This document shows positions 17,717-25,396 of a DNA stretch of 64,000 nt, in pieces. Every line of letters begins with the position of its first letter. Position 1 is the stretch's first letter. The stretch is from the NCBI GenBank assembly GCA_964347345.1, contig CAYFYB010000004.1:4681-68680 (forward strand). Direction: 5' to 3'. The stretch comes from an uncultured Methanomassiliicoccales archaeon. GTDB taxonomy: Archaea > Thermoplasmatota > Thermoplasmata > RBG-16-68-12 > JAJISG01. Under the pieces are notes generated by a model, which had not been told where the DNA came from, did no database searches, and was given only the letters and a program-made list of their open reading frames with translations. The translations under genes were made by a program, and so were the position numbers.

Positions 17717-20700
17717 TTGCGCATTCGCAGCTTCGTAGTTGCCTTGGCCGTCTTCGTGGCAACGGTCCTGCTTCTGAACGTCGCAGGAGCGCTCCTAACT
17801 GCTTCGACCTCCGCCACCCAGGCCTCTTCGCCGTCTGGAGGGACCGGTTCGTTAGTGAATGAGATTCATTCGACGGAAGGCCAGAGAGCCCTTATTGAGC
17901 CACTGACAGGTGTGAGTCATAGTGGGCAGGACGGTCTCGTTGTGCCCCATGCGGAGTTCCTATCAAGTGGGGCCTGGCTGTCGTCCATCGGGCAGGAGAA
18001 TCGTATCCCAAGGTTCACACCCTTGATCCTAGAGGGAGCCGAAGGGACACCGGGGGTCTCAGGGCCCGTGCAGAGCTGGGACTTCAACGTCCCTGTCGGC
18101 TTCGAAGGCGTGCTCTTCCCCCACAACGAACCCGCCATCGCCGTCAGCGCCCTGGATTCCAACAACCTCGTGGCCATCTACCACGACTACGAGGCCGCGT
18201 CACTCACGGACTTCACCGAATTTGTCGTCACGAAGTTCAGTCTCGACGGCGGGCTCACATGGTCGACGAGATTCTCGCATCCCACCCTTGTTCCCTTCGG
18301 TCAGAGCTTCGATCCGGCAATTGCCGCCGACGCTGAGGGCAATTTCTACGCTGCCTACCTCGTCCTGGACTTTGAGGTGGGCACTTCCAACCTAGTCGTA
18401 GGCAAGTCCACCGATGGCGGTGCCACCTGGGAGCACTCCATCGCCAGGGCCGGGGAGCCCTTCTTCGAGTTCCTCGACAAGGACTTCATTGCCGTGGATC
18501 CCGTCACCGGTATATTGTACGGTACCTACTCGAACTTCTATGAAGATTTCGTGAGCATCGAGGTGGTTCGCTCCACGGACGGGGGAGCCTCGTGGGAGCC
18601 TCCCATCGTCCTTGAAACAGTGCGCATTACGGAGATACCTGAAATCCGGCTTATCCAAGGGGCCTATCCAGCGGCTCGGAACGGCGTCGTCATGGTCGCC
18701 TACTACGACAGCCTGGATGACGGATGGCTCCTGGGCGATTTCGGACTGAAGGTGGCGGTGTCCAACGACGGGGGTGCGACCTACTCTCCATCGGTACTCG
18801 CTGGCATCCTCCCGGGGGAAATGCCCTTCTGGTTGCCCTCCCGCGCCATCTCTCTCTTCCATCCCAGAATCTGGGCCACCATGGCACCGATACCGGCCAT
18901 CGGTCCTGAAGGGAATCTGTATATGGTTGCGACGGCCGCCGGGGACAACACCGGCGACACCTTCTTCCTCCGCTCCGCGGATGGGGGACTGTCCTGGAGT
19001 CCTCCCACAATCATCAGCGACGATCCCTTTGGCAGGGCTCAGTTCTTCCCGTGGATTGCCGTGCAAGAGGACGGCACGATACACGTCATGTTTGGGGATC
19101 GCAGGGACGACCCCGATGACACCTTTTACGACATCTTCTACACCCACTCCACCGACGGAGGCACTACATTCTCTGCCAACGTACCCATTACGGACACCCC
19201 CAACACACCGTCGTGGTACTTCATTGGTGATTACTTCGGGTTAGCCGCCAGCCCTGCGGCAGCCCACGCCATCTGGACAGACAACCGTATCATGGACAAC
19301 TGGGGAGACACCTTCACCGTTAGAGGAGACAAGGTCCTCAGCGCCCCCGCCATCAGGGCGATACCGTCCAGGGCTGAATTTGGGGAATTGGTGGTGGTAT
19401 TGGGTAGTGGCTTCGCTCCCCAATCGGAGGTCACTGTCTTCATCGAGGCTGAAATCGTCGCCACCGCCAGGACCGATGACGCGGGGGGCCTGATTGCGCA
19501 GTTTGAAGTTCCTGACCGGATGGCGGGCCGATACCCCCTCAGCGTCGTCGACAGTGAAGGAAACGCTGCCCTTCGTTTCTTCATCGTGAAGCCTAGCCTC
19601 TTCGTGGATCCCGCCGAGGTCGAGATAGGTGGTACCTTCGTGGTCAGCGGGACGCGGTACAAGCCTAACATCCCCATAATTCTCTATCTTGGGGAGCAGT
19701 TCCTGACGGATGCCTTCACGGACGACACGGGCAGGTTTGACACGAGGGCCTTCATCGAGTCAGGTCCCGGAGGCGAAAGGACTCTCTCCGCCATACCTCT
19801 AAGCCCCTTCTGGGTCTACGATGACTTCGACTTTGAGACGGTTACCGTAGTACTCCCGCCAGGCTGGACCCCCAAGGCCCCTCTTCCAGAGCCTCGGGAA
19901 GGTGCGGCAGGGGCGGTGGTCGGCGATGAGATCTACGTAATGCATGGCTTCACCCCTCAGTTTGGCGATACGAAGGATGTAAGGGTGTATGATACAGCCA
20001 CCGACAGCTGGTCTGTTGGCCCCCAGGGCCTCGATCCTCTCTCCTCCGAGCACTATCAAGGGGTTACCGTCCTTCGAGAAGGCCTGGAGCGTGCCTACCT
20101 GATCGGAGGACGGTCGTTCGAAGTCCTGTCGGAGAACAGGGAGTTTACCCCTGCCACGGGAACGTGGGAGTATAGGGCCCCGATGCCGACGCCAAGGGCT
20201 GGGGCGGCTGTTGCAGCGGTGAATAACCTCATCTACGTCATCGGTGGTCGGGACTGCACGTCCCCCTTCTGCGGAACACCACTGGATGCGGTTGAGATCT
20301 ATGACCCTGTGACGGATACGTGGTCCAAAGGGACTCCGATGCCGACACCTCGCTCTGGCGCTAGCGCCACCTCTCTCGGCGACTTCATCGTTGTCACTGG
20401 TGGCTGGGCCCGAGAGTTCGAGGCGACGAATGTGGTGGAGCTGTACGACCCGGTGGCGAACAGTTGGTCCAAGGCTCCGCCTATGCCCACCGCCCGGGCT
20501 TACCATGGGTCGGCGATTTGCAACGGGTGGGTCGCTGCCGTCGGCGGTATCGAGAAGGATTTCTCCTTCTCCTCAGCCTTTGAGATATTCAACCCCGTCC
20601 TGGGATGGCAGATAGGAACCGTTCTCCCCACGCCGAGGGGGGAGTTGGTCGTGATCACCCATAGGGATGCGGGGACTGGCACGGAGACTCTCTACACCAT

Positions 20701-21997
20701 TGGTGGTGGCCTGTTCGGGGTGTCGTTCGACACCGTGGAGGCCTTCGATTGCTCCTTCCTGCCTCCAGCACCCACGCCCTTGACCGTGGTTCTCGAACCG
20801 GCCGGTGGGATTGTAGGCTCCACCTTTGACATCATTGGGAGCGGGGCGGAAGTCGGCGGCGTGACGATCCTTGCCTTCTGGGATGAGCAAGTCCCTGAGA
20901 AGTTCCTAGGAGATGCGATCACGGACGACGAGGGGAGTTTCACAATCTCCGCCACAGTACCAGAGGACGTGTTCGGTCCGCACAGAGTGATCGTGCGGGA
21001 CTTAGAATTCACTCGACTGGGCAGCGCCTTGTTCAGGGTCATCCCCAGCCTTGCGGTCAGCCCTGAAAGGGCCTTTGTTGGTGACCGTGTGGAGCTCCGA
21101 GGCACGGGCTACCCCGCCTTCGCCAACATTGTGATTACCCTCGACGACATGGCTGTCAAGACGGCTTTAACGGACTCGTTCGGATCTTGGGGGACCACCA
21201 TCAGGGTGCCGCCGGTTCCAAGGGGCATCCACCTCTTCGTGGGCACTGATCCAGGAACGGGCGTGAGCGCCGCCGCTGAGCTGGTGGTGAGGGAGAAGGT
21301 GACCCTAGCGGTCGGAATCGACACGTCTCCCGCTCGCGTGAGAGGAGAGGTGGTCCGCTCCTTCGCCCTCGTGAGCTTAGAGGGAGTGCCCCTCTCTGCG
21401 GACTCCACCACGGCGAAGCTCTACGTTCCCGATGGCACCGTCAGCAGCCTGCTACCAGTTCTCCTCGATGAAGGTCTGTACGCCATCAGCTTCACTGTGG
21501 ATCGCAATGCGCCGCTGGGAGACTACGCCCTGGTCTTTGCGGCCCATGTCGAGCAGGAGTTCCTGGTAGGCTCCGGCGTCGGCCTGGTAAGCTTCCAGGT
21601 CCTAAGGCTGCTTCCTGGTCCACCAAGCCGTATCGTGTCAGTGGATGGGAGCACTGCCACGGTCCAAGCGGAGGACAGACAGGTGTTGCTCGACCTGTTG
21701 ATGGTGAACGCCCGAATCGTTTCCGTGGAGGGAACTAGGGTGCTGGTGGAGACCGATGTGGGCCTATTGTGGGCGGATCTCGAGGCTCTCAATCCCCGTG
21801 CCATCAGACTTGACGGCCTCGGCCTCAGCATGGAGACCGATCTAGGCCTGCTCCGCGTCTACCTCACCGATCTGGCCTTCGGCTCCTGGGTGGCTCAGGC
21901 GGCTCTTGTGGGAATCCTCCTCGCCGGTGGATTGCTGGCCTGGCAGCTCGTCCGCCCTGCTCGTCGGAAGCCACCTTCCTCGAGGGACCAGAGATAG
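17717..21997 (+). CDS. 1426-aa surface protein: signal/anchor, BNR (Asp-box) sialidase-like propeller, Ig-like pairs, Kelch propeller, C-terminal TM anchor
   Basis: TTG start after a G-rich SD. Six Asp-boxes ('SLDGGLTWS', 'STDGGATWE', 'STDGGASWE', 'SNDGGATYS', 'SADGGLSWS', 'STDGGTTFS'). Kelch-like blades ('MPTPRAGAAVAAVNNLIYVIGGR', 'MPTPRSGASATSLGDFIVVTGGW', 'MPTARAYHGSAICNGWVAAVGG'). C-terminal 'AALVGILLAGGLLAWQLVRPARRK'. Confidence 0.85.
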   Translation: MRIRSFVVALAVFVATVLLLNVAGALLTASTSATQASSPSGGTGSLVNEIHSTEGQRALIEPLTGVSHSGQDGLVVPHAEFLSSGAWLSSIGQENRIPRFTPLILEGAEGTPGVSGPVQSWDFNVPVGFEGVLFPHNEPAIAVSALDSNNLVAIYHDYEAASLTDFTEFVVTKFSLDGGLTWSTRFSHPTLVPFGQSFDPAIAADAEGNFYAAYLVLDFEVGTSNLVVGKSTDGGATWEHSIARAGEPFFEFLDKDFIAVDPVTGILYGTYSNFYEDFVSIEVVRSTDGGASWEPPIVLETVRITEIPEIRLIQGAYPAARNGVVMVAYYDSLDDGWLLGDFGLKVAVSNDGGATYSPSVLAGILPGEMPFWLPSRAISLFHPRIWATMAPIPAIGPEGNLYMVATAAGDNTGDTFFLRSADGGLSWSPPTIISDDPFGRAQFFPWIAVQEDGTIHVMFGDRRDDPDDTFYDIFYTHSTDGGTTFSANVPITDTPNTPSWYFIGDYFGLAASPAAAHAIWTDNRIMDNWGDTFTVRGDKVLSAPAIRAIPSRAEFGELVVVLGSGFAPQSEVTVFIEAEIVATARTDDAGGLIAQFEVPDRMAGRYPLSVVDSEGNAALRFFIVKPSLFVDPAEVEIGGTFVVSGTRYKPNIPIILYLGEQFLTDAFTDDTGRFDTRAFIESGPGGERTLSAIPLSPFWVYDDFDFETVTVVLPPGWTPKAPLPEPREGAAGAVVGDEIYVMHGFTPQFGDTKDVRVYDTATDSWSVGPQGLDPLSSEHYQGVTVLREGLERAYLIGGRSFEVLSENREFTPATGTWEYRAPMPTPRAGAAVAAVNNLIYVIGGRDCTSPFCGTPLDAVEIYDPVTDTWSKGTPMPTPRSGASATSLGDFIVVTGGWAREFEATNVVELYDPVANSWSKAPPMPTARAYHGSAICNGWVAAVGGIEKDFSFSSAFEIFNPVLGWQIGTVLPTPRGELVVITHRDAGTGTETLYTIGGGLFGVSFDTVEAFDCSFLPPAPTPLTVVLEPAGGIVGSTFDIIGSGAEVGGVTILAFWDEQVPEKFLGDAITDDEGSFTISATVPEDVFGPHRVIVRDLEFTRLGSALFRVIPSLAVSPERAFVGDRVELRGTGYPAFANIVITLDDMAVKTALTDSFGSWGTTIRVPPVPRGIHLFVGTDPGTGVSAAAELVVREKVTLAVGIDTSPARVRGEVVRSFALVSLEGVPLSADSTTAKLYVPDGTVSSLLPVLLDEGLYAISFTVDRNAPLGDYALVFAAHVEQEFLVGSGVGLVSFQVLRLLPGPPSRIVSVDGSTATVQAEDRQVLLDLLMVNARIVSVEGTRVLVETDVGLLWADLEALNPRAIRLDGLGLSMETDLGLLRVYLTDLAFGSWVAQAALVGILLAGGLLAWQLVRPARRKPPSSRDQR

Positions 21998-22030
21998 AAG
22001 GGGACCGCTGGGGCAGGCGGAGGCGGTGGC

Positions 22031-22045
22031 CCAAAAGATATTTAG
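22031..22045 (+). promoter_or_regulatory. BRE/TATA promoter of tRNA-Gln
   Basis: 'CCAAAAGATATTTAG' has its TATA centre about 30 nt upstream of tRNA position 1 (22074). Confidence 0.55.
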
Positions 22046-22073
22046 GCAGGGCCAGAGCTGAGTCACCTGCCGC

Positions 22074-22165
22074 AGCCCCGTGGTGTAGCGGTCAATCATG
22101 CGAGGCTCTGGATCGACAGAGTCGAGGGGAGACCTCGTGACGGCAGTTCGAATCTGCCCGGGGCT
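22074..22165 (+). tRNA. tRNA-Gln(CUG) with 20-nt intron at canonical 37/38 position
   Basis: Folded by hand:
- acceptor AGCCCCG/CGGGGCT
- D arm GTGT-AGCGGTCAA-TCAT
- anticodon stem CGAGG/CCTCG
- loop CTCTGGA (CTG at 22108-22110)
- T arm GGCAG-TTCGAAT-CTGCC
- discriminator A; no encoded CCA
The intron (22112..22131, +/-1) folds as bulge-helix-bulge. Confidence 0.85.
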
Positions 22166-22718
22166 ATTCCTTCACCAAACGCCTCAGCTCTCCCTCTCCC
22201 TCCACAGGCCCTCTGGCTACGAGGAGGTCCCTCTCCTCGACTCTCGTGTTCTCATCGGGCCCGTAGATCCACCTCTCCCCTCGCCGGATGGCGATGACCC
22301 ACATCCCCGTTTCGGAGGCCATCTTGAGCTCCCCCAGTGTCCTTCCGACCAGCTTAGATCGGCCAGGAACGGTGACGGTCACAATAGTGGTATCTGACTC
22401 CTTCAGGGCGGCCTTCACCACGGGATGGGGCTCAATGTCCCGGAGGACGACGTCTGCTATGAGGACGGCTCCGTCAGCGATGTTCTCGATGGAGTCAGCC
22501 AGTCTAATGAACACCAGGGCCTTCTCCACATCCCTATCCTCGATGGCCCGCTCCACGGCCTTCCGCTGAACCTCCTGATCCCAACTGTCTACCTGGCCCT
22601 CAAGCTCCATAACCTGCCGGGCGATTTCCTCGTTGTCGTACAATAACGCGGAGTAGGCGAGGTCAACCATCAGCTCCGAGGTGTCCTTCATCTCTAGCAG
22701 GATGTCCTCTATCTCCAT
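22164..22718 (-). CDS. PhoU-like helical domain + TrkA-C (RCK C-terminal) regulatory protein, copy 2
   Basis: The track ORF starts at 22754. ATG at 22718 ('MEIEDILLEMKDTSELMVDLAYSALLYD') lies 4 nt after the upstream stop. The C-terminal 'VTVTVPGRSKLVGRTLGELKMASETGMWVIAIRRGERWIYGPDENTRVEERDLLVARG' is TrkA-C-like. Confidence 0.75.
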   Translation of the reverse strand: MEIEDILLEMKDTSELMVDLAYSALLYDNEEIARQVMELEGQVDSWDQEVQRKAVERAIEDRDVEKALVFIRLADSIENIADGAVLIADVVLRDIEPHPVVKAALKESDTTIVTVTVPGRSKLVGRTLGELKMASETGMWVIAIRRGERWIYGPDENTRVEERDLLVARGPVEGEGELRRLVKE

Positions 22719-22722
22719 GGTA

Positions 22723-23334
22723 TCACCCCGGCCATTTCTCCTCCCCCGAGGCATACCTGCTCAGCCTGTTGTACCCGTCCTCCGTCCCCCGGACCACGAG
22801 GAGGTCCTCCTCCTTGATGACGGTGCCACCAGGAGGGTCGTAGCTCCATCGCCGGCCCCTGTGGATGGCGATGATCCTCATACCTGTCTCGGTCTCCACC
22901 CTCAGATCCACGATGCTCCTCCCCACCATGGACGAGCCTTTCCCTAGCCGGACAATCCGTATCCTCTCCTCCGCCTCCTTGAGGACGAAGGGGAGGAAGG
23001 GCCGGGCCTCTATCCTCTGATGGAGCAGGGCCACCATGTCTCCCGCTGCGTTGGAGATCGTCTCGGCAGCGGAGGCCACCTGGAGGATGCCCGCGAGCCT
23101 CTCCGCATCGTCCCGGGTCCTGCTGGCCATGAGGGCGATCATCCGTATCTGATAGCGGAGGTAGTCCATCCTCCTCTCCAGATTCTGGACCTCCTCCCCC
23201 AGCTCATCGCTATCGAACATGATGGCCGCATAGGCCAGGTCCACGATGAGTTCGCTCGTGTCCTTCATCTCCACTAGGAGGTCCTTAACGCTGGTGGGCT
23301 CGTACTCTACCTCCTCGAACTCCTCCTCGCTCAT
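22723..23334 (-). CDS. PhoU-like helical domain + TrkA-C regulatory protein, copy 1
   Basis: 203 aa, paralogous to 22164..22718 ('VKDLLVEMKDTSELIVDLAYAAIMFD'; 'RIVRLGKGSSMVGRSIVDLRVETETGMRIIAIHRGRRWSYDP'). ATGA overlap with the upstream gene. Confidence 0.8.
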   Translation of the reverse strand: MSEEEFEEVEYEPTSVKDLLVEMKDTSELIVDLAYAAIMFDSDELGEEVQNLERRMDYLRYQIRMIALMASRTRDDAERLAGILQVASAAETISNAAGDMVALLHQRIEARPFLPFVLKEAEERIRIVRLGKGSSMVGRSIVDLRVETETGMRIIAIHRGRRWSYDPPGGTVIKEEDLLVVRGTEDGYNRLSRYASGEEKWPG

Positions 23335-23888
23335 ATGAAGACCGCCACCACGAAGACCAAGAATACGATGCCCAACAGGTCTCCGGCCGTCGTCACGACC
23401 GGTGTCACGAAGTTGTCCGGGTCCAATCCCTTGGCGAAGGAGAGGAGGGCCACCGTCAGGGTTACAAGGATGAGAACCCCGGCGAGCATCAGGCCGCTGG
23501 ACAGCATGATGAAGAGGAGCACCTCCAGTCCGAAGGGCGGGACTACTCCGACAAGATAAGTGATACCGTATATGAACGTTGCCAGAAGGGCGAAGGTGAT
23601 GATGTAGAGGAAGAGGGCATCCCTGGCGTTCCTCAACAATCCCCTATCCCACGGACTGACGGTTATGGTGCCGGTATAAAGGCCCGAGGTAAGACGGGCG
23701 CCCAGGACGGTCCCCACGTTGCCGCCGATTCCGTTCACGACGGGCACCAAGATTAGAAGGAAGGGGATGGAGAGGAAGGTGGCGGCCGCCTGATTGAGCA
23801 CGTGGCCTGCGACGAGCTCTACGCCCAGGAGAAAGGACAGGGCCGGGATGCTCTCCCCAATGGTCCTTCGGTAGTTGTAGAAGGTCAC
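23331..23888 (-). CDS. MgtE-like divalent-cation transporter, membrane domain only (copy B)
   Basis: In-frame GTG at 23888 overlaps the upstream stop (GTGA) and gives 185 aa, the same length as copy A. 'PVVNGIGGNVGTVLGARL' and 'GLDPDNFVTPVVTTAGDLLG' are the MgtE/SLC41 membrane-domain signature (DPDN..P...T..D). Confidence 0.8.
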   Translation of the reverse strand: MTFYNYRRTIGESIPALSFLLGVELVAGHVLNQAAATFLSIPFLLILVPVVNGIGGNVGTVLGARLTSGLYTGTITVSPWDRGLLRNARDALFLYIITFALLATFIYGITYLVGVVPPFGLEVLLFIMLSSGLMLAGVLILVTLTVALLSFAKGLDPDNFVTPVVTTAGDLLGIVFLVFVVAVFI

Positions 23889-24442
23889 GAAATCCCCTCC
23901 ATGGCAGAGGAGACCAGCAGGAGGAGTAGAATGGTGATCATATCGCCCACCGTCGCCAGCGATGGCGTGGTGACGTTGTCCGGATCCAGTCCCCACGTGA
24001 AGGCGATGAGGATGATGCCAAAGGTTATGCCTATCTGAATCACGCCCGCCGCGGTCCCGGCCACTGTTGCTATCAGGACCAGCTTCAGCAGGCCAGCTGA
24101 TCCCAGGCCAAGGAGAAGGGAGGTGACGTGACTCAGAGCCCCAACTAGGAGGGAGAGGACCACGCTAAGGATGAAGGCTGCCAGGACATTCTGCCAAGCT
24201 TCCGGATTCAGGAGGTTCCCCTTCCCCATGAGGCCCATATGGATGGCAGAGCCCAGGCGGGAACCCATGGCCCCACTGATTCCTCCCCTGAGGGCGATGA
24301 GCGCCGGAACCATTACCAGCAGGCCCGGAGTTTTATAGAGAACGTCCTTCATTTGCTGCAGAAGAAGGCCGGCCGTCACGAGGCCTAGACCGGCCAGGAA
24401 GAGGACCGGCAGGGTTTCCCTGTATACCGACGGAAGGGGCAC
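23885..24442 (-). CDS. MgtE-like divalent-cation transporter, membrane domain only (copy A)
   Basis: 185 aa. 'PALIALRGGISGAMGSRL' and 'GLDPDNVTTPSLATVGDMIT'. There is no cytosolic N-domain or CBS pair as in full-length MgtE. Confidence 0.8.
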   Translation of the reverse strand: MPLPSVYRETLPVLFLAGLGLVTAGLLLQQMKDVLYKTPGLLVMVPALIALRGGISGAMGSRLGSAIHMGLMGKGNLLNPEAWQNVLAAFILSVVLSLLVGALSHVTSLLLGLGSAGLLKLVLIATVAGTAAGVIQIGITFGIILIAFTWGLDPDNVTTPSLATVGDMITILLLLLVSSAMEGIS

Positions 24443-24460
24443 CGGTTGGGAAATGCGGAA

Positions 24461-24471
24461 GGATAAATAGG
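24461..24471 (-). promoter_or_regulatory. TATA box of the mgtE-like/PhoU-TrkA-C operon
   Basis: The minus strand reads 'CCTATTTATCC', about 24 nt upstream of the GTG start at 24442 (leaderless geometry). Confidence 0.5.
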
Positions 24472-24474
24472 TGT

Positions 24475-25386
24475 TTACAGAGACAGGACTCGAACGGGCA
24501 GAAGGCGGTGAAGGATCGTGACGTCCATGGGAAGCCTTCCCACCAACTCCCCATCCATCTCTACCAGCACCTCTTCCTCCGACTCAGCGCGAATTGACCT
24601 TCCCCTCAGGTAGCTCACCTTTGGATGAGCTACGTGCTCCCCCCTTCTAAGCTTGCCCAGGTTCCTCACGACCTCGCCAAATCGGAAGTCACCAAACAGG
24701 ACGATGTCAAACAATCCGTCGTCTAGCTGCGCCTGAGGGGCCGGGTTGAGCCCGCTGCCGTAGTAGCGCCCGTTGGCCACGATGACACTGTTCGTGGGAC
24801 CCTCAGCGACCTCCTTCCCATCCACCTCCACACTCACCAGCTCATTCTTGTAGGCGGGGAGGGTGGTGACGATGGCCCACATGAAGGCAGCGCGGCCGCC
24901 GAAGAGCTTGGAACTCCTGTTGACTTTGTCTACGACCACACCCCCAAACCCGGCCTCCAGGATGTTGGCGAAGTAGCGGGTTTCCCACTCCCCCTCCAGG
25001 TTTCGATAGCTAGCCTTTCCGATGTCGACTTTTTGGAAGGTTGCGGAGGCAAGGATCTCCTCGGAGTGCTCGAGACCAGCGGGCAACCGCAAGGTCTTGG
25101 CGTAGTCGCACCCGCTACCTACGGGAAGGATGGTTAGCTTTGACTCCTGTCGGACCAACCTGTCTTCTTCGACAAAGCCATTGACCCCTTCGTTGACGAT
25201 TCCGTCCCCTCCGACCAGAACCAGATCGTCCTCCCCTTCTCTGAGGGCCGCCCTCACGATCTCCACGGCCGACCCGCGCGCTTCCGTGTAGGTCACCTGC
25301 ATCTCTTCCAGCCTCGAACGGAGGCGCTTTTCCACCGATGGCCACTGGCGTCTTACCCTGCCACCTGCTGCCACTGGATTCACCAC
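24475..25386 (-). CDS. Diacylglycerol-kinase-family lipid kinase (YegS/BmrU-like)
   Basis: 303 aa. DAGK catalytic signature 'LVLVGGDGIVNEGVNG'. GTG start 10 nt after the upstream stop. Confidence 0.8.
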   Translation of the reverse strand: MVNPVAAGGRVRRQWPSVEKRLRSRLEEMQVTYTEARGSAVEIVRAALREGEDDLVLVGGDGIVNEGVNGFVEEDRLVRQESKLTILPVGSGCDYAKTLRLPAGLEHSEEILASATFQKVDIGKASYRNLEGEWETRYFANILEAGFGGVVVDKVNRSSKLFGGRAAFMWAIVTTLPAYKNELVSVEVDGKEVAEGPTNSVIVANGRYYGSGLNPAPQAQLDDGLFDIVLFGDFRFGEVVRNLGKLRRGEHVAHPKVSYLRGRSIRAESEEEVLVEMDGELVGRLPMDVTILHRLLPVRVLSL

Positions 25387-25396
25387 GAACAGCGTG

